This document shows positions 55,020-64,000 of a DNA stretch of 64,000 nt, piece by piece. The translations under genes and the position numbers were made by a program. Source of the stretch: Octopus vulgaris (lineage: Eukaryota); contig OX597818.1 in the NCBI GenBank assembly GCA_951406725.2, positions 1,736,001 to 1,800,000 of the forward strand. Reading direction: 5' to 3'. Under the pieces are notes generated by a model. The model had not been told where the DNA came from and made no database searches. It was given only the letters and a program-made list of their open reading frames with translations. How positions within the stretch are numbered: position 1 is the stretch's first letter; every line of letters begins with the position of its first letter.

Positions 55020-55758
55020 TAGCATTAAAGACCCGTCGTTGCCGGGTCATAGTGCTAGTGCATGTATATATGTGTATATATATGTGTACATATTACATGT
55101 ACATCTATATATATATACATCTACTCATAAAATGCAAAATACAAAGTTATATCTTGATATCGCTAGTGATAACAATACTCAAAATATATAACAGATTGGA
55201 ATTGTTAGCTCTTCTTTTTTTCTCTACATCGTATACTTTATAGACAATAGTCTTTTCTTTAATTTAATTCTTTATTATCCATCTGGACTATTCCATTTCT
55301 GCACGCTAATTATATTTTTAATTTATTCCCATTCATATTGAAACCACTTATTCAAGTTCAAATCATTGATGCAATTTTTATACCAATTGCTATTTTTACT
55401 TTTGTATGTTACGAATTATATTATACTTTAGTTTGATTTTAATTATTACTTACTACATATAATTCAATTGTTATTATTTTTTTTATTGTTAAGTGAAAGC
55501 ATCTGACATAAAACAGAGAAATATTTTTGTTTCACTTTTAACACGTAATACTGAAATAGTGGAGAAGATATGATATTGCTATGGGCTCGCTCTAGGCAAG
55601 AAGTTGAACATTCTTTTTTTGCCCATGAAACTACATGGACCCTAAGTAAGGCATGTGTAAAATTTGAATGAAATTGGTTCTGTAGTTCTCAAGTTTTAGG
55701 GAAACACACAGACAGACAGACAGACAGACACACATTCTTAGTTTTATATATATAAAGA
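55019..55758 (-). mobile_element. Internally deleted copy of the 44.6-46.2 kb Helitron
   Basis: TC start at 55758, hairpin plus CTAG at 55019-55048, collinear with the longer copy except for two large deletions. Confidence 0.9.
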
Positions 55759-55850
55759 TATTTATATACATATATATATAACCACAAAAGGACAGTCTTA
55801 CTACCTACTAATGACACAACTAAATTTCCTCAGATAAGAATATCTTTAAA

Positions 55851-55950
55851 NNNNNNNNNNNNNNNNNNNNNNNNNNNNNNNNNNNNNNNNNNNNNNNNNN
55901 NNNNNNNNNNNNNNNNNNNNNNNNNNNNNNNNNNNNNNNNNNNNNNNNNN
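55851..55950. other. Assembly gap (100 N)
   Basis: Run of n. Confidence 1.
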
Positions 55951-56206
55951 GGCAAGCACATGAATATGCAGGATACGTACATACAGATGCACACACATAC
56001 ATACACACATATGCATACGTACATACAGATGCACACACATACATACATACATATGCATACACACACATATATATACATACACATGCAAACACACACATAC
56101 ATACGAACATGTATGCATGTATAGGCACACACACACACACTGACCCACACACATGCGCACAAACAAACAAAAGGGAACGTAGTGTAAATAACGGACAGAG
56201 TCAAGA

Positions 56207-56243
56207 CTATTGAAAAGGTTGCAAGACGCAACGAAAGTTTTAG
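56207..56243 (+). ncRNA. Minimal hammerhead, U3-A8 variant (paralog of 28311)
   Basis: cta TTGAAAA g gttgc-aagac-gcaac GAAA G TTT tag. Confidence 0.6.
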
Positions 56244-56523
56244 AAAATAAAAATAAGAAATCAGTAGAAATTTTACCAGTGAGTGTGTTAAATAATAAGG
56301 CACTAAAAGAGAATGACTCTCCCCAGACACAACAGAATATGCTTCAACACACGAACTCATATAAAGAATCTTGCAAACCAAATCCCAAAACGAAATATAT
56401 ATATATATTTAGAAATAGGAGTTAAATGCCTTTTCTACTACCATAATGATTTCCCAGACACCTTAACACACTTTTTACGTAGGGAAAAAGAAAAAAATAA
56501 CGAATCCACACTACTCAGATTAG

Positions 56524-56584
56524 CTACATATTCGTTTCGAGATTAAAGTTATAATTACTTACTTATTTCTCATCTTCAGTGCAG
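56524..56584 (-). ncRNA. Hammerhead paralog of 16184 with decayed stem III
   Basis: ctgca CTGAAGA t gaga..tctc GAAAC GAA TA tgtag. Confidence 0.6.
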
Positions 56585-56699
56585 CATTTCTAAATATAAA
56601 TTTGAGAGTGTTAGGATTAAATATGTATTCGATCAAGCGCCATCGCATAACCGATATTCAGCCAACAGTTGAAATTATATGATATATATATATATATCA

Positions 56700-57220
<521 letters not shown>

Positions 57221-57368
57221 CGTAGAGTGGCTGTGTGGTAAGTAGGTTCCACTCCTGGACGGGACGCTGATTCATCGCAATATATGCATATATATATGTT
57301 CAATAATATAAGACAATAAAGCCAAGGCTGTGTGAAATTTCTAGGAGATTTTATAAAGAGAAGCGTAG

Positions 57369-57414
57369 TCTTACAGCTGTTTCGGGGATATAAAAGATAT
57401 CCCATCATTAGAGA
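57369..57414 (-). ncRNA. Minimal hammerhead with inactivating G5A change
   Basis: tct CTAATGA t gggatat..atatccc c GAAAC AGCT GTA aga. Confidence 0.65.
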
Positions 57415-57769
57415 TAATATGAGAGAGTTAAATAGAAGGAAATAGTAGAGTTCAATATTAGAAGTTATTTTAGAAAGGTAGATATATAGGAAGTATAGAG
57501 AGAAATATAGGAATAAAAATAAAGATATATGTTGGATGTTAAACTTGCTGTTCCATTATCCAAGGCATGTGTTGTGTAGAATGGGTAAAAAGGCTTCTTG
57601 CCCATAGTATGTAAGTTCCGATAGGAGTTCATATTTTGTAATTATAAATGGATAGTGTACAGGTATTAATTCCATATATATATAACACCGTGTGTGTGTG
57701 CGTGTAAAGTAATCATTAAATAATTGATATCCCCTCTCCACCACATTCAGAGTTGTCCTGGTTTATAAT

Positions 57770-57993
57770 CTGGCAGAAACGTTAGCAGGCTGGGCGAAAT
57801 GCGTAGCCGTATTTCGTCTGTCGTCTGCCGTTGTGAATTCAAATTCCGCTGAGGTCGACTTTGCCTTTCATCCTTTCGGGGTCGATAAATAAAGTACCAG
57901 TTACGCACTGGAGTTGATATAATCGACTTAATCCCTTTGTCTGTCCTTGTTTGTCCCCTCTATGTTTAGCCCCTTGTGGGCAATAAAGAAATA
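57770..57993 (+). mobile_element. Meta-like SINE
   Basis: gaggtcgactttgcctttcatcctttcggggtcgataaataaagtaccag. Confidence 0.88.
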
Positions 57994-58727
57994 TATAATC
58001 ACCAGTAAATGTCGTTATACAATCTATCCATGGCATCTTATTTACTATCACCATATATTTAAAAGAAAACTTTATAAAAATATTCCATGCTATGTTAGTA
58101 TCTCAAAGCAATCTTATAAATAATTCTTGTCTATTTCTAGCAGGTCACTTCACCTACTAAAAATAGGGGAAAATCACAGCTGGAATGTCTTTTACCTTTT
58201 GTTTTCCCTACGAATATTGACAAACGAACTACGTGAAGTTCAGGCAATTTTAAATTTATAAATATGTTAAAATATTTACGGTAAAATATCATTTGTTAAA
58301 GCCTAACTAAATGTGATGGCTGCTAAACCGTCCTTCCTGATAATTATTCCAACATCTTTCCTATAAATCTAGGGAGAAAGAAGAGGGTCGGATGGTGAAC
58401 TCTGCTGGCCGAACACTAACTGACGTTTAAACATAAAAGCTATCCGAAACTTGAAGCAAAGGTTAAGAAGTCAGCTCACATTCCATATAAAAGAAATAAC
58501 AACCTATCTATACAATAGACTTCATTAAAAAAAAACTTCTTCATGTCGGTCAGGGGTCACAGCGATTCAGAAAATCTATTGATACCTGTTCATAAAGCAC
58601 CTCCCTATTGATGTTGCACTTGTTAGCTTCAAAAAAGTGACTGAAAGTCGACAGAGGTGACACGAACTCATAGCAGTTTCAAAATAATTCAATAGCGATA
58701 GACTATTGAATAGGAAAACGGGAGAAA

Positions 58728-59568
58728 TGCAAGGGAAAATCGCAAATTATATGCTCTCTTGCTTCTGTAATTTATAAAAATAAAAGTAGAGATTGAACAT
58801 CATTTTCCACATAGTTGCCTGGCTTTCCAATGCACTTCTAGCGGTCCATAAGCTTGTTCATACCATCGGAGGTTTTGGGTTGGTCGCGCAGCCATTTATG
58901 CACTGCTTAAACTCCATACTCTACCTTTTGGATTCTGGCTGGAAGTGATGGACCTAGGTCTCATATCCTGTGACTATTCTCTCAAAAAAACTTCACTTTC
59001 ATCCCTGTAGCGGTTGAGTAAATGCTGACAGATCTACACACATGGGCACAGAAAGCTTTGTCGTAGATAGTTTCGAATGCAGAACCATGACTAATTTGCA
59101 GAAAATATGCCACCTCATCGATGGTCACTCGTCGGTTTGCCAGAACTGTCTCTCAAGCTTGTTGAATCTTTATGTCAGTCGTGGAGATTGATGGGCATCC
59201 TGCTTCCTATTCGTACTTCACACATTTCTGGTTATTTTTAAAATTCTCGATCCCCTCGTATACACTTCTACACGGTAGAGCGCTGTCTCCCGTATTGTAC
59301 AGAAATCTTGCGATGAATTTCGGTCCCTGACACACTTCCAAAACAGAGAAATCGAATCACTGCTCTCTGTCCTCCTTTAGTGCACAGTACAAGGGAAGAA
59401 GTCATATTTACTCTGTAACACAAGAAAGAAAAGCGGAGCGATCAATGTTGAAACTGAGTTACGTAACCACAAGATTATTACATTTTAGCACGTGACCACT
59501 GATGGCAGTGAAACCAACCTAAAGAAAGTCATGGCGAAAGTGCGGGTAATTTTTGACTTTCACAAGTA
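58728..59568 (-). mobile_element. Old, internally deleted mariner
   Basis: C-terminal VHKWLRDQPK..GMNKLMDR*KCI..GNYVE, N-terminal QRAVIRF-like and VYEGIENFK, degenerate TIRs. Confidence 0.75.
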
Positions 59569-59841
59569 TTACTCCCTGCATGTGGTAGTGGGTACTACTA
59601 GACATACATGCACACACGCACATAAATATATACATGCGATGGTCTCTTTTCAGTTTCTGTCTACCATATCCATTCATTAGGCTGTTGTTGGGCCGGGTCT
59701 GCAATAGAACACTTGCCTATGGTGTAGTGCAATGAAACTGAAACCGAAACCACGTGGCTGGGAAGCAAACTCAACCGTACAGTATGTGTGTACGTGCGTG
59801 CGTGTGTGTACGTGCGTATGTGTGTGTGTGGTATAGTGTAT

Positions 59842-59911
<70 letters not shown>

Positions 59912-59985
59912 GTACGGTAAATATCTATACATATTGTAAAACAACTATACATAAAAACAGTTAAACATGTAAAACATACACAATG

Positions 59986-60049
<64 letters not shown>

Positions 60050-60678
60050 TATATATACACATTAGATCTAAATATTAGAAAACATTGACATCTGCAACAT
60101 TGAATTACTGTTGATGATGCCTATTGTAAAATCTCATAGGGGATTGACCGGAATGATTTTCTGTGATTTCTCCAAGCTCACACAAAGAATATAATTTAAT
60201 ATTTTAAGATAAAGGATGTATTATTTAATCATGTCCATTATACCCCGGGTAACATTTAATTCAACAGACCGTAAAGCTAAATGTATCGAGTTATGATACT
60301 CGTCACATGTACACCAGACACAGCTTCCACCACAGTTGTCATTCTTTCAATCAATATAGTTTCTCATCACTGAAATGTCTTCCAGTGAATTAAACCGGGT
60401 TGCCTTTTGTTTTCTTTCTCGAGAGAGTTGTATTTTATAATGAATAAGCACCACATCCGCACACAAATACACACATCTACACACGCACTCATATATTCAC
60501 ACCCACATAATCACATATATACACTCGTTACAACAAACTACGGTGTGTGTGGAAGGGTTGTTGATTGCAAAATAGAAGAAAATAAATTTATATTTCTCCC
60601 TAAAGACTGTTTTTCAGTAACTCATCGAGATTAACATGTCTTATGAATAAAGTCGATAAATCTCGTTATATTGAGTGA

Positions 60679-61130
60679 CTAGCAGTATAACCCGGCCTTG
60701 CCCGGGATTAAGTTACGATCAAGTTCTTTATTTCAAACCAAACTAAGTAATATAGACGTCAAATTTGGGCGAAATCCGTTGAAATTAGTTATATTATATA
60801 TATATATATTATATATATTATATATATATATGATATAATATAAATATTCTGGCAACAGACACGAGCACACATACACACACGTACGTACGTACGTACACCT
60901 ATTGCATGTTTTGTGCACGCATACATGTTCATAAACAGAAATGAATGGAAAAAATGTTGTTAAATTTGTAGATTAACACTCGCTCAATTTTCAATAAGAA
61001 AAAAATCGTTTTTTTTTTTTTTGGCATGGAATCAACTACTCTGGCCTCAAAAACCTTTTTGTGGTCCGTGAAACGGAGTGGGGTTTGGTGGAAGCCTCGC
61101 AAATTGAACCCATTTATATTGTGTAATTCA
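60679..61130 (-). mobile_element. Helitron 3' end (5' boundary not resolved)
   Basis: Minus strand cccgggcaaggccggg hairpin ~8 nt before CTAG|T at 60679-60682. Confidence 0.65.
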
Positions 61131-61427
61131 CTGACAAATTGTTACTCACCTATTTGTTTCTTTGTTGTTAAATAAATGGATTGTCAACAAAACACTTTTT
61201 TACTCGGCGTAAAATAAAAACAAAAAACTCTTTCGCACCCAAAGTAATGTGTGTGTGAGAGAGAGAGGGGGAGAAAGATGAACGATTAAAAATAAATAAA
61301 TGATTTAAAAGAAATATATTATAATTGTTGTGTGAGAAAGTATATATACTATGATTATAAAATATAGTGTGCCTTTCAAAAACAAAAAACAAAACATTTT
61401 AGATTTTATTTTTTATGAACGTAGTCA

Positions 61428-61493
<66 letters not shown>

Positions 61494-61497
<4 letters not shown>

Positions 61498-64000
61498 GGT
61501 TGTGTTATTCTTTGCTCCGCAGTGAAAGATTGTTTTTGTGCTGAAAATTGTGAACATTTGTTGTTTTGGTCGTTGAGACCACTTCTTTTCTGCTGTTGCA
61601 ACAGAGTTTTGCTGTTCTTTCCCCCTTGCTTCAAGTGGGAAGCGACGAAAAACATGAATTTGGCACCAATTTCTTCCGAGTCGGAGGAAAACTTTGAAAA
61701 TTTGTTTGAAGGCGAATATGTGGGAGGAGGAAGGTGAAAGTAAAGAGGCGTCTCACGCGAGCGTTACAAAAGCAGACGACAAGATGTCTAGCGAGGCTAC
61801 TACACAACAGGAAAAATCAAAAATAAATTTTGCGAGTGCAGCAACTCGCCCCTGTGAAAATATAGTCATCAACAAAGAAGAATTAAAGAAATACCAAGGA
61901 CTACTAAAAAAAGAAGGTGATAATGTGAAGTTGTTCCCTCCCAGTGAATTGATTTACGCGACGGAGAGAAAAACTGTCATATACAAGACTTATAATGTCA
62001 AAAATAAAAAAATCGATTTTGTACAGAGAGAAGCCATTGAAAAATGTTTGAGGCCGATATGGCAACAAACAAGTTAGATAACGAGGGGTAGTCGCTTCGG
62101 CACTGTAGAGGTGCGTTTCCCTAGCGAAGAAATAGCTAGGGAACATTCAACATGGACATTGAAGTCAGAAGAAGTAGTTCTCCTGTCACTTACTTAGGAA
62201 AGAGAACTTCGAAAATCACAGTTACGGATATACCACCTGAAATAGATGTGGCCTTTGTCATAGCCGATATTCCCTTAGACAAAGAAGAAGAAATTTCAAT
62301 TCTTCAGTCTAAGAGATACCACCACATGAACTGGTTTGGTCAAGATTTAGAGCTTGTCATCCAAGCAAACCCCTCAGACTTAGAAAAATTGTCCAGTTCC
62401 CTTACAATTGGAGAAAATACCAGCATGATGGTGGTAGTCGAGGGGAGAAAGCCCAGATGTTAAAAATGTGGCGAGAAAGGCCACATAAGGTCGAGCTGTA
62501 AGAAGAGGACAGCCAAAGAAAATGCAGCAGAAGAGGAAAGCACGACGCCAAAGACAACGACCACACCGCTAGAAATAGCAGGCACGTCGCGCACCCCAAT
62601 TGCCGAAGTACAGCCGACAGCGGGAGAAAACAACAACAAAAACGACAACATCCAGGAGTGGGTCACCGTAGAACCTTCATAAAGAAGACGGAAACGGAAA
62701 AACCCACCCTCTTCGGATACACAGGAATATGCTCCGAGACAGACAAGCACACCCACACCCACAAATACAGTCGCAAACACACACGTAGCCAAAAAAAACA
62801 CATTGGAAAAAGTACACACAAATACACACACACACCTACCACAGGCACATACACACCTACAAACACCTGCGCTTCTACAAACACACCCACACCCACACCC
62901 CTCCACAATCGCCTAATATAAAAAAGACGAAACACCTTCACGGCGATAAACAAAAATAATAAACTATTAATAGACAAATTTGTTTTAATGAAATCGGCAA
63001 AAAAATATATCGCAACAGATGTAAATAATACTATTTCTGAAAATCTCGAATTATATACTATAGATAACTCTGACTATTTTGAACGAAAAAAATCTTTTGC
63101 GGAGGACGTCGGTCCGTTACAGATGAACTTTTCGAGCCATCTGTACATGCAATTCGCGAAAAAAATAACCTCGCAAAACACAACACTCACAGACAGAAAA
63201 GAGGAGGGTGAAATTACACCCTCTCTCCCGTTAAAACAGTAAGTTTTAAAAATTCGACTAATTTTTCACGTTCTCGTTTAAACTTGGTTGTATAAATATT
63301 CGCAGCCTGGGGTCATATTGGAAGCAAGGCTACCTCCTTAACGACCTTAGGTCGCATCGTTTGGATGTAGTTGTAATTACCGAATCCAGACTGAATGGGC
63401 TGCAGGCTTTTTCGCCCCTTCTAAACGGCTACGTTTCTCCCTTTCGACCGGGAGGGGGTGGAGGAGTGGCACAGTGCTGGTCAGAAAAAACCTGGATTTA
63501 GAGATTAGAACTGTCTTTATAGTTCCGGAAGGCAGGTTGGTCGTTTTGGATGTGACGCACAGCAGTGGTAAAGTGTTCAGGCTGGTTGCTGTCTATGCTC
63601 CCTGCGAAGGAAAAGCCGGGCAGAAAGATTACTTCAGAAGCCTAAAGAATTTTCTTGGTACGTCGAACACGTTATAGTATTGCAAGGTGACTTCAACATA
63701 ATTTGTGATGCACGCGTAGATTATGTTGGCTCGAGAAAGAATAGGAGGGGATTACCACACCTCAACGATCTTCTAAGTCGTTTCGAGTTGGCAGATCGAT
63801 TCAGACTGGACCACCCAGACACTCCAGCGTGGACCTGGACAAGAAACGACGGGTCGTCCAGATCGTACATAGATAGAATCATAACTAGAAGGAAAGATAA
63901 GAAAATACTTGGCTGTCCACAAAAACATATCGTCAGCTACAGCATTCACAAATTAGTGACCTGCACGCTCGACATAGATAGCATGTGTAGACGAGGTACC
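61494..64000 (+). mobile_element. Tx1-clade LINE 5' part (UTR, disrupted ORF1, ORF2 APE endonuclease), running off the window
   Basis: ORF1 zinc knuckle C*KCGEKGHIRSSC (~62458); APE motifs GCINIRSL, VVVITESR, GGGVA, VAVYAP, GDFN, TW..SRSYIDRI; starts right after (TC)n. Confidence 0.92.

Overview
AT-rich, microsatellite-dense metazoan DNA; the SINE, LINE and microsatellite content fits a coleoid cephalopod, most likely Octopus (inference). Most ORF-track entries are microsatellite translations. The window is largely nested transposon debris: a cluster of three R4/Dong-type RLE LINEs at 4.5-13.7 kb, Tx1, RTE and CR1/L2-group LINE fragments, three mariners, non-autonomous Helitrons carrying captured DNA, hAT and piggyBac MITEs, many tRNA-derived SINEs and two Penelope GIY-YIG remnants. 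One plausible host exon (signal peptide, 21536-21680) suggests much of the window is a large intron. The most notable signal, invisible in the ORF track, is about 14 minimal type-I hammerhead ribozyme motifs from several Penelope-linked families. They include core covariants that keep the 3-8 base pair (C3-G8, U3-A8, G3-C8). All calls are by eye; no database search or folding computation was run.
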